From assembly GCA_963790205.1 (NCBI GenBank), contig CAWBNQ010000005.1:320001-384000 (forward strand): a stretch of DNA of 64,000 nucleotides, in the 5' to 3' direction. Position 1 is the stretch's first letter. Every line of letters begins with the position of its first letter. Of this stretch, positions 38,925 through 49,149 are shown piece after piece. Below the pieces are notes generated by a model. The model saw only the letters and a program-made list of their open reading frames with translations, did no database searches and was not told the DNA's origin. The position numbers and the translations under genes are program-made. The stretch is from Nitrospirota bacterium. GTDB lineage: Bacteria; Nitrospirota; UBA9217.

Positions 38925-40133
38925 CTACTCGTAGCGAAGCGCCTGGATCGGGTCCTGGAGCGCGGCTTTGCGCGCCGGGTAGACGCCGAAGAACACGCCG
39001 ACAGCGGCGGAAAAGAAAAAGGCCATGAGGATCGACCAGGCCGAGACGCTCGTGGGCAGCACGTCCACGAACACGGGGATGATGAGCGACAGACCCACGC
39101 CGACGAGGATGCCGATAATCCCTCCCGCGCCGGAGAGCGTCATGGCCTCGATCATGAACTGGGCCATGATATCCCGGTTCCTCGCGCCGAGGGCCTTCCT
39201 GATGCCGATCTCGCGCGTCCGCTCCCGGACCGAGACGAGCATGATGTTCATGATGCCGATGCCGCCCACCAGGAGCGAGATGCCCGCGATGCCTCCAAGC
39301 ACCGCGGTCAACACGCCGAGAATGGTATTCATGGTCGCGAGCATGGCCCCTTGGGTCTGGATCGTGAAGTCTTCCTTGTGCGCGTGACGCCTGATGAGGA
39401 TGTCCTTGATCTGGGCAATGGCGCGGTCAACGTCCTCTGCCCGCGGCGTTGACGCGAGGATCTCGAACAGGCCGTCGGTGTCGAAAAGCTCCTGGCCGCT
39501 GGTCACCGGAATGAACACCACGTCGTCGATGTCCCAGCCAAGGCTGGTCCCTTTCTTCATCATCACGCCGATAACGCGGTAGCGCGCATCCGAAAGCAGG
39601 ACGGCTTTCCCGAGCGGATTTTCATCGCCGAAGAGCTCGTCCTTGACCGTTCTCCCGAGGACGACCACTTTGGATTTTCCGTCCACGTCCCCTTGCGATA
39701 CAAAAGATCCCGTATCGACAAAAAGGTTGCGCACGCGCTCGAACTCGTTTGTCGTGCCGATAATGGAGGTGTCGCGGCTGCGGTTCTCGTACTTGACCTT
39801 GCCCGTGCCGAACACGATCGGGACCGCGTCGGTCAGGAGCCAGGCGCGCCGTCGAAGGGCGAGTGAATCGTCATAGGAGAGCTTGCGCACGGTGCCGGCT
39901 GACGGAGGGTGGAAGCCCCCGCTGGTGCTTGTTTTCCCGGGCGTGATGACCAGAAGGTTCGTGCCCATGCCGGTGAGCTCTTTGGTAATGTAGACCCGCG
40001 CCCCCTCCCCGATGGACACGAGAAGGATCACGGCCATGACGCCGATGATGACGCCCAGCATGGTGAGCCCGGAGCGGACCTTGTTCGATAGAATGGCCTC
40101 GAAAGCGACCCTGAAGGTTTCAAAAAAGTTCAT
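38925..40133 (-). CDS. MacB-family ABC permease
   Basis: RSGLTMLGVIIG and GGIGIMNIMLVSVRERTREIGIRKALGA. Confidence 0.95.
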   Translation of the reverse strand: MNFFETFRVAFEAILSNKVRSGLTMLGVIIGVMAVILLVSIGEGARVYITKELTGMGTNLLVITPGKTSTSGGFHPPSAGTVRKLSYDDSLALRRRAWLLTDAVPIVFGTGKVKYENRSRDTSIIGTTNEFERVRNLFVDTGSFVSQGDVDGKSKVVVLGRTVKDELFGDENPLGKAVLLSDARYRVIGVMMKKGTSLGWDIDDVVFIPVTSGQELFDTDGLFEILASTPRAEDVDRAIAQIKDILIRRHAHKEDFTIQTQGAMLATMNTILGVLTAVLGGIAGISLLVGGIGIMNIMLVSVRERTREIGIRKALGARNRDIMAQFMIEAMTLSGAGGIIGILVGVGLSLIIPVFVDVLPTSVSAWSILMAFFFSAAVGVFFGVYPARKAALQDPIQALRYE

Positions 40134-40807
40134 AGGACTGCCTTATCGCTGACGATCCTGCCGTCCTTCAGGTTGATGATCCTCTTGCACCGGGCCGCCA
40201 CGTCCTTATCGTGCGTCACAATGATGATCGTGACCCCCTGTTGGTTGAGCCCGGCCAGGATGTTCAGTATCTCTTCTCCCGAATGGCTGTCGAGGTTGCC
40301 CGTGGGCTCGTCCGCGAGCAGCAGCGGCGGATTATTCACCAGCGCCCGGGCTATGGCCACGCGCTGCTGCTGGCCCCCGGAAAGCTCCGTGGGTTTGTGC
40401 TGCATGCGGTTGGCGAGCCCCACTCTCTCCAATAACGGGGCGGCGCGCTCTTTGCGCTGGCGGGCCGGGACCCCGCTGTAGATGAGCGGGACTTCGACGT
40501 TCTTGAGCGCGGAAAACCGGGGGAGCAGGTTGAAGGTCTGGAACACAAACCCGATCTTCACGTTCCTGATCGATGCGAGCTCATCGTCCGTCATGGCGCT
40601 GATCTCGCGTTGTTCGAACAGGTATTTGCCGCTTGTGGGCCGGTCGAGACAGCCGATGATGTTCATGAGAGTCGATTTACCGGAACCGGAAGGCCCCATG
40701 ATGGCGATGAGTTCCCCCTTCTGTACGGTAAGGGAGACCTGCGAGAGGACGGTGAACTCCACTTCGCCCATATGGTAGTTCTTGGTTATGTCGGTAAGGT
40801 CGATCAT
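40130..40807 (-). CDS. ABC ATP-binding protein (MacB/LolD-like)
   Basis: GPSGSGKS, LSGGQQQR and ADEPTGNLD. Confidence 0.95.
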   Translation of the reverse strand: MIDLTDITKNYHMGEVEFTVLSQVSLTVQKGELIAIMGPSGSGKSTLMNIIGCLDRPTSGKYLFEQREISAMTDDELASIRNVKIGFVFQTFNLLPRFSALKNVEVPLIYSGVPARQRKERAAPLLERVGLANRMQHKPTELSGGQQQRVAIARALVNNPPLLLADEPTGNLDSHSGEEILNILAGLNQQGVTIIIVTHDKDVAARCKRIINLKDGRIVSDKAVL

Positions 40808-40894
40808 GACTTAATAACAGTTGGAGCACGAGTCAGGAGTTAAAAGCAGAAAGTTAAAATTTTTTACTCCGAACTGCGAACTCAGAACTCCGGA

Positions 40895-42004
40895 CTACTG
40901 TTCTATCTTCACCTTCGCCCCGTTCTTCAAACCCTCGACCTCGGGCGTCGTTATGACGTATTCTCCCGCGGACAGGCCTTTTGTGATCTGTGTAAAGCTC
41001 CAGTTCGTCTCACCGATCTCTACCGGCCTGAGCCTGGCTTGCGCCGGATCTCCTGGCTGGACCGTTTTCCCCTCCGCGACATACACCTGTTTTTTGCCGT
41101 CGCGTTCGACGATTGACTGGGAGGGCACCGAAAGAACGTTCTCCAGGGTCGTAATGAGGATTTCAACATCGGCGGACATGCCCGGCTTCATCCGGGCGTC
41201 TCTCTTGTTGAAATAGATCCACACGTCGGCGGTGCGGGTCTCGAGCTTTCCCCCGCTCACGATCGGCGATATTCTCCTGACCGTGCCCTGGAACTTCTCT
41301 CCCGGGAAGGCGTCGACGGTGATCGTTACGGGCTGGCCCAGCCTGAGCCGTCCCACATCCACCTCGTCGATCGTGGCGAGCACATAGATCCGGTCGGGGT
41401 TTACAATGGTGACGATCTGTTTGCCCGGCAGGAGGAGTTCTCCGACCTCGGTATACTTCTTCGCGATAACGCCGTCAAAGGGCGCTTTTATGACGGAATA
41501 GTTCCGCGTGACGCCCGCATCAGCCGCCGCCGCCAGATACTGCGACTTCGCCACTTCATAGGCCCTGCGGGACGCGTCGAGGTCCTGTTGGGCGACCATG
41601 CCTTTATTGAACAGGTCTTCTGTCCGTTTCAGGTTTTTTTCCGTTTCCTCGAACGTGGCCCTGCTTTGAGCCAGGGTACTCTCGCTCTGGACCGATTCCT
41701 CGGTCAGGTCGAGTTGGGCGATGAGCGCCCCCGCCTTGACGACGTCGCCCTCCTTGACCGGGAGCTTGACGATCCTGCCCGTGCGCTGGGCAGATAAGGT
41801 GACCTCGGTTTCGGATTTTATCGTGGACGTGGTCGTAGCGTTCACGACAACGCGAAGCTCGCCGGGTTTAAGTTCCAATGCCTTGACAAGAACCGGTTTT
41901 TTCCCGGTCAGGGTAAAGAGAAGAGCGACGGAGGCAAGTACTGCGATCAACAACAATGATTTTTTTTTCGTCATGAACGGCATGCGATTATCCACCTTTT
42001 TCAA
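40895..42004 (-). CDS. Efflux periplasmic adaptor (MacA-like)
   Basis: VKEGDVVKAG, IKAPFDG and KPGMSA motifs. Confidence 0.92.
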   Translation of the reverse strand: MKKVDNRMPFMTKKKSLLLIAVLASVALLFTLTGKKPVLVKALELKPGELRVVVNATTTSTIKSETEVTLSAQRTGRIVKLPVKEGDVVKAGALIAQLDLTEESVQSESTLAQSRATFEETEKNLKRTEDLFNKGMVAQQDLDASRRAYEVAKSQYLAAAADAGVTRNYSVIKAPFDGVIAKKYTEVGELLLPGKQIVTIVNPDRIYVLATIDEVDVGRLRLGQPVTITVDAFPGEKFQGTVRRISPIVSGGKLETRTADVWIYFNKRDARMKPGMSADVEILITTLENVLSVPSQSIVERDGKKQVYVAEGKTVQPGDPAQARLRPVEIGETNWSFTQITKGLSAGEYVITTPEVEGLKNGAKVKIEQ

Positions 42005-42447
42005 CCGTTCCCAGAGGCATCTTCAAGCCGTTCTTTGATGTTTTTCATGAAGCCGCGTGCAACCTCTCCGAGCTGCTCGGCCACCACGATGTCCTGCAAA
42101 AAACTGAAATGTCCGATGACATGGCCTTCGATACGATAGGTGATTTCCGTTTCTTCTTTTGAGATCGTGCGCAGGGCAACGGAGCCGGACGCCTTGATGT
42201 GTTCTCCGGACGCCACCCACGAGAGCTTTTCCATTTCCCTGATCTCGGTCGTATGCGTTTTCATCTCGAGGGTGCGGGTGAAGGGGCCCAGCGAGAACCT
42301 GACCGTCCAGACGGAGTCCAGGTCATTGATGATCTTGACGCCCTTGCAGCCGGGGAACAGGCACCCCACCTCGCGCCGGTCCGTCATGAACGACCAGACG
42401 TATTCGATCGGAAGTTTTACGGTAAAGACGACTTGTTTCGAGGGCAC
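42001..42447 (-). CDS. SRPBCC/CoxG (START-superfamily) protein
   Basis: PIEYVWSFMTD...CLFPGC CoxG-like pattern with C-terminal helix; overlaps the adaptor start. Confidence 0.78.
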   Translation of the reverse strand: MPSKQVVFTVKLPIEYVWSFMTDRREVGCLFPGCKGVKIINDLDSVWTVRFSLGPFTRTLEMKTHTTEIREMEKLSWVASGEHIKASGSVALRTISKEETEITYRIEGHVIGHFSFLQDIVVAEQLGEVARGFMKNIKERLEDASGNG

Positions 42448-42536
42448 TGGTCAACCTCCTGGAATGACGGCCGTTCGCGTCTCTCATGAAGACTGGGGGA
42501 GGCGCGGTTCGTTCTTCAGCCGTCGTCTCTCGTCCG

Positions 42537-43844
42537 TCATCGCTCTCCGCTCCCCATTGCCTTGAGCAATCTCGCCACGCTCAACTGGTAGTCATACTGA
42601 GCCTGGACATACTCGGTTTCCGCCTGAACAGCTGAAAGCTGCGCGTCCGTAACTTCGATATAAGGTCCGATGCCGGCCTCGTACCTGCCTTGCGCGAGTT
42701 CGAGGCTCTCTCTCGCTTTTTGCAAAGAGCTGTCCATAACCTCGATGCGCGCCTGCGAACCTTCCATGTCGGCATAGGACTGGTTGACCTCAAGGAGGAT
42801 GGATTGTCGCAGGGCGTCCCGCTGCATTTCGAGGGCCAACAGATTTGCCCGTGCTTCATTGACCCGTCCTCTGGTCAGCCCGCCTTGAAATAACGGGACC
42901 GACAGCTGAACGCCGGCATTCCAGCTGTTTTGAATATCGCCTACCAGGGGGGCGCCATTGAACGATCCCAGGTCCTGGGTCCCGTTCGCCCAGTTGTAAG
43001 CGCCGTTTGCCGACAGCGTGGGAAGATAATTCGATTCTTCCGCCCGAACCCTGACCCTGGCCGCCTCAATGTCTGCATCCGCCTTCGACAGCTCAGGACG
43101 GTTTTTGAGCGCATCGTCCTGCGCTTTTTCCAGTGAAGGCATTTCTCGGGGAGGAGGGAATGTGTCGTCGATCTCGATCGCCTGTCGCGGGTCGGCCCCC
43201 ATGGCGTTGTTCAAGGCTATGGTCTTTATGCGGACGCTGTTGTTCGCGTTGATCAGGCCCAGCCGGGCGTTATTCACATCCACTTCGGCCCGGGTTACAT
43301 CGAACCTCGGTTTGGAGCCGGCCCTGAAGAACGCCTGCGCCTGTTTCAGATGGCTTTCGGTCTGCTCGACCGTTTTTTGCTCGACCAGAACGAGCTTATT
43401 GGCCTGCAACAGCGCAAAATACGCCTGTTTGACATTCAGGATGGCCTCCTGGACGATGCGTTCAAGGTCCTGTTGTGATGAACGGGTGCCCCACCGGGCG
43501 GCATCGAGGGCATTGCCGGTCTTCCCGAAATCATAAAGCAACTGATTGACCGAGAGCGTTGTCGTATAACCCTTCGTCGTGTTTTCGCCGAAGGCGCCTC
43601 CCAGGGAACGGCTCTCGGAATACCCCGTGCTTGCGCTGACCTGGGGGAAATAGGGGGAAGCGGCCTGCGTCTCACGTCCGTATCCGGCATTCACGTTCCA
43701 TTGAGCGGCCTTGATGGCAGACTGGTTCTTGAGCGCCAGGTCCACGCATTCGAGCAAGGTGAGCTTAGTCCCGGCGTGGGCCGGACAGAATGCGCCGGTG
43801 CAGGCCAGCAGGATCATTACGATGACCGATATGCGCATCAGCAT
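42537..43844 (-). CDS. TolC-family outer membrane efflux protein
   Basis: Signal peptide; duplicated OEP repeats (LYDFG, PLFQGG, RYEAG). Confidence 0.93.
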   Translation of the reverse strand: MLMRISVIVMILLACTGAFCPAHAGTKLTLLECVDLALKNQSAIKAAQWNVNAGYGRETQAASPYFPQVSASTGYSESRSLGGAFGENTTKGYTTTLSVNQLLYDFGKTGNALDAARWGTRSSQQDLERIVQEAILNVKQAYFALLQANKLVLVEQKTVEQTESHLKQAQAFFRAGSKPRFDVTRAEVDVNNARLGLINANNSVRIKTIALNNAMGADPRQAIEIDDTFPPPREMPSLEKAQDDALKNRPELSKADADIEAARVRVRAEESNYLPTLSANGAYNWANGTQDLGSFNGAPLVGDIQNSWNAGVQLSVPLFQGGLTRGRVNEARANLLALEMQRDALRQSILLEVNQSYADMEGSQARIEVMDSSLQKARESLELAQGRYEAGIGPYIEVTDAQLSAVQAETEYVQAQYDYQLSVARLLKAMGSGER

Positions 43845-43927
43845 GCCTCGCTTGTATTATATCACAGTGTCATTTCAGGCCTGAAGGTTATGCTTGCATT
43901 TTGAAGGAGGGTATTGTATAAATTTTC

Positions 43928-44830
43928 ATGCGCATTCCGTTCAAGTCCGCCGACCTTCTTTCGCTGTCTTTTCTCGGACTCCTCAGTATTCTTACGATTT
44001 TTTTCATCCCCTCGCTCCCTTCATGGGGCAAGCTCCTAACAACCTATTATCTTCTTGCTGCAGCGATCACAGCGCTTGCAGTGTACCGGAAGCGGACAGC
44101 ATTGGTAAAATCGGGCCTCTATCTCCATACCGCCCTGACGGTCATAACGATCCTGATGGTCTTTAACAGTCTCGGAGACCTCATTCCCGGCATACGGTCC
44201 CGTACTTTCGACGACGTTCTCATCAGGATCGACCATGCGCTCTTCGGTGTGAACCCCACGATATGGATCGAATGGATGATCAGCCCCCCGCTGACTGCTC
44301 TCCTCCAGTGCGCCTACATCAGCTATTACTTCATACCGGTCTCGCTCGGCGTCGTCCTCATCGCCAAAGGCAAGCACGACGAGTTCGAAGACGCCCTCTT
44401 CGGCATTGTGCTCTGTTTCTACCTCTCCTACATCGGCTATCTGCTCGTGCCGGCCGTGGGGCCCCGGTTTACCCTCGACCACCTGCAGACAACGGGCCTG
44501 CAGGCCGGCCCGTTCATTCAAAAGATCCAGGCGGTCCTGAACGGCCTGGAGCATAACAAGACCGATGCCTTCCCGAGCGGCCACACGGCCGTCGCGCTCA
44601 TGACGCTTTACTATGCATGGAAAAAGAAAGAAAAGGTCCTTTCAGCGGTCCTTCTTCCCGTTGCTCTTGGACTGATTATTTCAACGGTATATCTCAGGTA
44701 TCACTATGGCATCGATGTGCTCGCGGGAATTGCGTTGACCGCCTTGACGATTTATCTGGCCCCAAAAATGTCCACGTGGTTCTCACGCGCATCCGGTCAC
44801 CCGCGCGACCAGCGTCATTACGCCCCCTGA
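43928..44830 (+). CDS. PAP2_3 / Aur1-like phosphotransferase (IPC synthase-like)
   Basis: YxSYY, PAVGP, AFPSGH and YLRYHYGIDVLAG motifs; multiple TM segments. Confidence 0.8.
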   Translation: MRIPFKSADLLSLSFLGLLSILTIFFIPSLPSWGKLLTTYYLLAAAITALAVYRKRTALVKSGLYLHTALTVITILMVFNSLGDLIPGIRSRTFDDVLIRIDHALFGVNPTIWIEWMISPPLTALLQCAYISYYFIPVSLGVVLIAKGKHDEFEDALFGIVLCFYLSYIGYLLVPAVGPRFTLDHLQTTGLQAGPFIQKIQAVLNGLEHNKTDAFPSGHTAVALMTLYYAWKKKEKVLSAVLLPVALGLIISTVYLRYHYGIDVLAGIALTALTIYLAPKMSTWFSRASGHPRDQRHYAP

Positions 44831-45373
44831 CACGAGCGGTATCACGAGATTGTCGTTAAGAGGAAGCGGCAGCAGCTCAACCCCGGCGGCGGCAATCACT
44901 CCAAAGAGGATGACGAGGGGGGCAACGGTTATTCCGACCAGGGGAAGGAGAAGACCGGCGGATACGGCTGCAGCGACGAACGCAAGGCTTCCCTCCAGGC
45001 TTTTATTCCCGATTTTCGTCCTTCCGTAACGCTCGCCGATCGTGGTCGCGGCTACGTCTCCAAAGGCCAAAAAACAGACGGCGGCTGCGGCAATATCCAT
45101 GCGGTACAGATAGAGTGACAGTCCGATGCCGAGGACATAGGGCCCTGTGCCGGTGAGCCTGTGCTCCTCGTTCGGGCGTATGAAGCTGCTGAACTTCGTG
45201 AGGACGATCCGGTTCATCGATGGAACATTCAGGCGTATCAGGTCAAGCGTTAAAACGAGGAGGAATAACCCCGCATAGAAGAGGAGCGCCTGGTCCCTGG
45301 TGAGAACAAAATAAAGCGACAGAAGGCCGAGGCCTCCCGCGAGATGGTAAACTTTACGACCGATATGTTTCAT
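44783..45373 (-). CDS. CTP-dependent lipid kinase (Dgk1/phytol/dolichol kinase family)
   Basis: RKVYH, GDVAATTIGERYG, KSLEGS and DNLVIP motifs. Confidence 0.82.
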   Translation of the reverse strand: MKHIGRKVYHLAGGLGLLSLYFVLTRDQALLFYAGLFLLVLTLDLIRLNVPSMNRIVLTKFSSFIRPNEEHRLTGTGPYVLGIGLSLYLYRMDIAAAAVCFLAFGDVAATTIGERYGRTKIGNKSLEGSLAFVAAAVSAGLLLPLVGITVAPLVILFGVIAAAGVELLPLPLNDNLVIPLVSGGVMTLVARVTGCA

Positions 45374-45648
45374 AGGATAAAATCCTGAATTCAATATCTA
45401 AGTTCGTGAAAACAAAATTCAGCCACGAAGGCTCTAAGACTCAAAGAGAACATGAAGAGTTAAGGCATTTTACAAACAGGTAGTATTGGATGAATTTCTT
45501 CGTGTCTTCGCCTGCACCCAGCGGTTACGAGTGGTATCGTAGCCTGCTCTTGGGAAGACGCGGCCATAAACGAGTGCAGGGTGTGTCTTTGTGGCGCGCT
45601 TGGTTCCGGCTTGCCCGGTTTGGACGCGGCGCTTGGGATTCCGGATTT

Positions 45649-46765
45649 TCATGAAATGTTCTTCTCGTATATCCGGTATTTTTTGTAAAGCTTCCCGCCC
45701 ATAAGCTCGCACCCTTTGCGCATCGGGGCATTGTCCTCCAGGACCCAGGACATCTCAGCGCGCTCATAGCCCTTGCGCATGGCCGCTTTGAACGACTCGA
45801 GATAGAGCAGCCCCTCGATCCCTTTTTTCCGGTACTCTTCCTTGACGCCCATGGTCAGCACGCGAATATCGGATATTTTCCTCGAATACCAGAGAAATTT
45901 TACTAGCTCGACGGGGCCGAGCCGGCCGTTGATCCTCTTCAGGACCTGGTTATAATCAGGCACGGCCATGAAGAACCCGGCGGGACTGCCGGCCACTTCG
46001 GCCATGATGAGCAACTCCGGCACGATCAGCGGCTTCAACCGTTTCGCCATGGAATTCTATTTCCTCATCCGTCATGGGCACGAAACCCCAGTTGTGGCCC
46101 CACGCGGAATTATAGATGTCCTTTACCGCTTCCAGCTCTTTGCGAAAATTCTTCATACTGGCCGGACGCACGACGAGCCCCGGAACGCGCGCCTTAATGG
46201 CTGATGCCAGCTTTTCAAGCCTCGGCGCCGAAGAAACGTTTTTGATGATGGATATATAGGCAAAGAGGTCCTTGGCCTTGACGAGACCGCACTTTTCCAT
46301 ATAATCGAGGTAATAGGCGGGGGTGTACGTCATCATGATCATGGGCGGAGAATCGAAACCTTCGAGCAGAAAGCCGCATTCGTCGTTCGTCGAGGGGTTC
46401 ACGGGCCCCCGCATGGTCTCAAGAGCGCGTTCCTTGAGCCAGGCCGCGGCCGCGTTCAGCAGGTCACGCGCGATCTCAATATCGGGAAGACATTCGAAAA
46501 ACCCGAAAAAGCCGGCCTGCTCGTTATGGATGTTGATGTGGTTCCGGTCCACGATGGCCGCGATCCTGCCGACGGCCTCGCCGTTCCTGCGGGCGAGAAA
46601 ATAAGCGGCTTCCGCGTGATGAAAAAAAGGGTTCTTTTCGCCCAGGATGAACTTCATTTCGCTGATGAGCGGCGGGACCCAGTTCGGGTTTCCCCGGTAT
46701 ACCTTCCAGGGAAAGCGGATGAATTGTTCCAGGCCTGTTTTATCCAGAACGCGCTCGACGTTCAT
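45649..46765 (-). CDS. bcerS: GNAT-fold protein, likely bacterial ceramide synthase; +1 frameshift near 46055
   Basis: WVPPL, NPF, GRIAA, FGFFEC, NWGFVP and SWVLEDN..M motifs; directly after spt. Confidence 0.8.
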
Positions 46766-46768
46766 TCC

Positions 46769-47959
46769 CTACCCTTGCTGCGCGGCGACGCCGAGCTTCT
46801 TGTCCGCCTTCTCAATGATCGTCAGCACCCGGTCGAGCATTTCGTCCGTGTGGGTCGCCATGTAGCTTGTCCGTATGAGGCAGCGGCCGGGCTGCGTTGC
46901 GGGCGGGACCACGGGGTTTACGAAGACCCCGTCGTCGCTCAGGATCTTCCACATCATGAACGCCCGTTCCATCTCGCCCATGAACAGGGGAATGATGGGC
47001 GTCTCGGAAACTCCGGTGTCGAACCCCATCTGTTTGAAGGCCTTCATCATTTTATGAGTATTATGCCACAGGCGTTCCCTGCGCTCCGGCTCCTGGTCAA
47101 TGACATCAAGGGCTGCGATGACCGAAGCCACCGAGGCCGGCGGCGGGCTCGCGGAAAAAATGAGCGGCCGCGAGGTGTGTTTTATGTAGTGGATCACGTC
47201 CTCGTCCGCCGCGACAAAGCCGCCGATGGACGCCATGGACTTGCTGTAGGTGCCCATGATGATGTCCACTTCTTTTTCGAGGCCGAAGTGCTCGGCGGTC
47301 CCGCGGCCGGTCTTGCCCAGAACGCCTACGCCATGCGCATCGTCCACCATCAGCCGTGCGCCGTATTTCTTGCAGATCTTTACGATGTCGGGCAGCGGTG
47401 CGATGTCCCCTTCCATGCTGTACACGCCGTCCACGACCACGAGTTTGGCGCGGTTCCCGCATTCCTTCAGGACGAAATCGAGACTGCCCATGTCGTTGTG
47501 CTTGAATTTTTTGACCTCGGCAAAGGACAACCGGCAGGCATCGATGATGCTGGCATGGTCAAGCTTGTCGATCACGACCACATCGTCTTTGCCCGCGATC
47601 GAGGAGATGATGCCGAGGTTGGTCTGGTAGCCCGTTGAGAAGGTCAGCGCTCCGTCTTTCCGGAAAAATGCAGCGAGTTTTTCTTCAAGCTTGACATGGA
47701 TATCCAGAGTGCCGTTCAGAAACCGGGAACCGGCGCAGCCGCTGCCGTATTTCTTTATCGCCGCGATGGCCGCTTCCTTGACCTTCGGGTGGCTGGTAAG
47801 GCCGAGGTAATTGTTCGACCCGAGCATGATCATCTTTTTCCCTTCGACGACCACCTCCGGGTTCTGTTCCGATTCCATAACACGGAAATACGGGTAAAAT
47901 CCCGCAGCCATCACCTCTTTTGCTGCCGTATATTTCTTGCATTTCTCAAAAAGATCCAC
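46769..47959 (-). CDS. spt: Serine palmitoyltransferase (alpha-oxoamine synthase)
   Basis: YPYFR, GSNNYLGLT, GSRFLNGT, TGYQTNLG, GTYSKS and IFSAS motifs; flanked by bcerS-like and cerR-like genes. Confidence 0.85.
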   Translation of the reverse strand: MDLFEKCKKYTAAKEVMAAGFYPYFRVMESEQNPEVVVEGKKMIMLGSNNYLGLTSHPKVKEAAIAAIKKYGSGCAGSRFLNGTLDIHVKLEEKLAAFFRKDGALTFSTGYQTNLGIISSIAGKDDVVVIDKLDHASIIDACRLSFAEVKKFKHNDMGSLDFVLKECGNRAKLVVVDGVYSMEGDIAPLPDIVKICKKYGARLMVDDAHGVGVLGKTGRGTAEHFGLEKEVDIIMGTYSKSMASIGGFVAADEDVIHYIKHTSRPLIFSASPPPASVASVIAALDVIDQEPERRERLWHNTHKMMKAFKQMGFDTGVSETPIIPLFMGEMERAFMMWKILSDDGVFVNPVVPPATQPGRCLIRTSYMATHTDEMLDRVLTIIEKADKKLGVAAQQG

Positions 47960-48058
47960 TGTTCTTTCCCCTCCGTGTCGTTATAGTATACTGTGGCATG
48001 ATACGCGATCCCGACTAATTACTCAGGTTGGCTTGACCTGAGCAGTTCGGATTCCTTA

Positions 48059-49057
48059 TCACAACCAGTTGTTATCGCGGTACCACTGCCATGTGATTTC
48101 AAGCCCTCTCCGCAGCGGATATTCGTGTCGGAAGCCGAGTTCGTTTTCCGTCCTAGAGAGGTCGCAGATCCAGTACTTCTGCGCCGCCTCCCGCACCTTT
48201 TGCCTGTTCGTAAGCGCGGGCCTGGACGTGAACAGGCCGCCGAATTCCGAAGCAAGGCCCATCAGGTACGCCACAGCGTACGGTATCTTTATCGTGCGCG
48301 CCTTCACGCCGCCCGTCGAGAGCAGCGCTTCCTTGAATTCCGACCAGGAATAGGACCGGTTCTCGGCGACAAAATAAATACTGCCGCTCTTCGTTTCGTT
48401 CTCCCCGACGAGGAGCATGACCGTTGCCAGGTCCCCGACATAACAAGGGTTGATGTACCGCTCGCCGCCCGCGAGCTCGATCGTGAACCCTCGGCCGGCC
48501 CAGCGGAAAAGTTCGAACATATCACGGTCACGGGGACCGTAGACCGCTGAAGGACGCACGATGGCGACGGGAAATATATCTTTATACTTGAGCGACTCCT
48601 CCTCGGCAAGAAGTTTGCTTCTGCCGTAATCCGTTATGGGACGCGGGGCCTCAGTGGCCATGACCGGCTTCCCGTCCGGACTCGGCCCTGCCGCAGCAAG
48701 ACTGGACACCAGTACGAACTTTTTAATGCCGGGATTGTGTTGGGCGCAGGCCTCCAGAAGGTTCCCGGTGCCGGCATGGTTTACGGCATAATAATCACGC
48801 GCATGTCTTGCCTTCGTAAGTCCTGCAGCGTGAAAAACAACTGAAACGTCACGGACCGCGGAACCGAGTGATTCGGGTCGGACGCAATCTCCCTGCGCAA
48901 TGCGTACCTTCAGTCCCGTCAGCCATTGGAGCCGGGCGGGGTCCCTCACGAGACAGGTAACGTCATAACCCTTGCGGAGAAGCAGTTCCACGAGGTGACT
49001 TCCGATGAAACCGGTGCCCCCGGTGACCAGCGCTCTTTGTGATTCTGTCCGCTCCAT
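48059..49057 (-). CDS. cerR: NAD-dependent epimerase/SDR, likely ceramide (3-oxo) reductase
   Basis: TGGTGFIG, VSSLAAAGP, YGRSK and YGPRD motifs; upstream of spt. Confidence 0.72.
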   Translation of the reverse strand: MERTESQRALVTGGTGFIGSHLVELLLRKGYDVTCLVRDPARLQWLTGLKVRIAQGDCVRPESLGSAVRDVSVVFHAAGLTKARHARDYYAVNHAGTGNLLEACAQHNPGIKKFVLVSSLAAAGPSPDGKPVMATEAPRPITDYGRSKLLAEEESLKYKDIFPVAIVRPSAVYGPRDRDMFELFRWAGRGFTIELAGGERYINPCYVGDLATVMLLVGENETKSGSIYFVAENRSYSWSEFKEALLSTGGVKARTIKIPYAVAYLMGLASEFGGLFTSRPALTNRQKVREAAQKYWICDLSRTENELGFRHEYPLRRGLEITWQWYRDNNWL

Positions 49058-49149
49058 CTTCTCCGTGAATGTGATGAATTTATTCCGGTAGTTTAGACAA
49101 AGTAGACAGGATTGTCAAGGTATTCGGTGGCCGGCCTGAACTTTCATAC

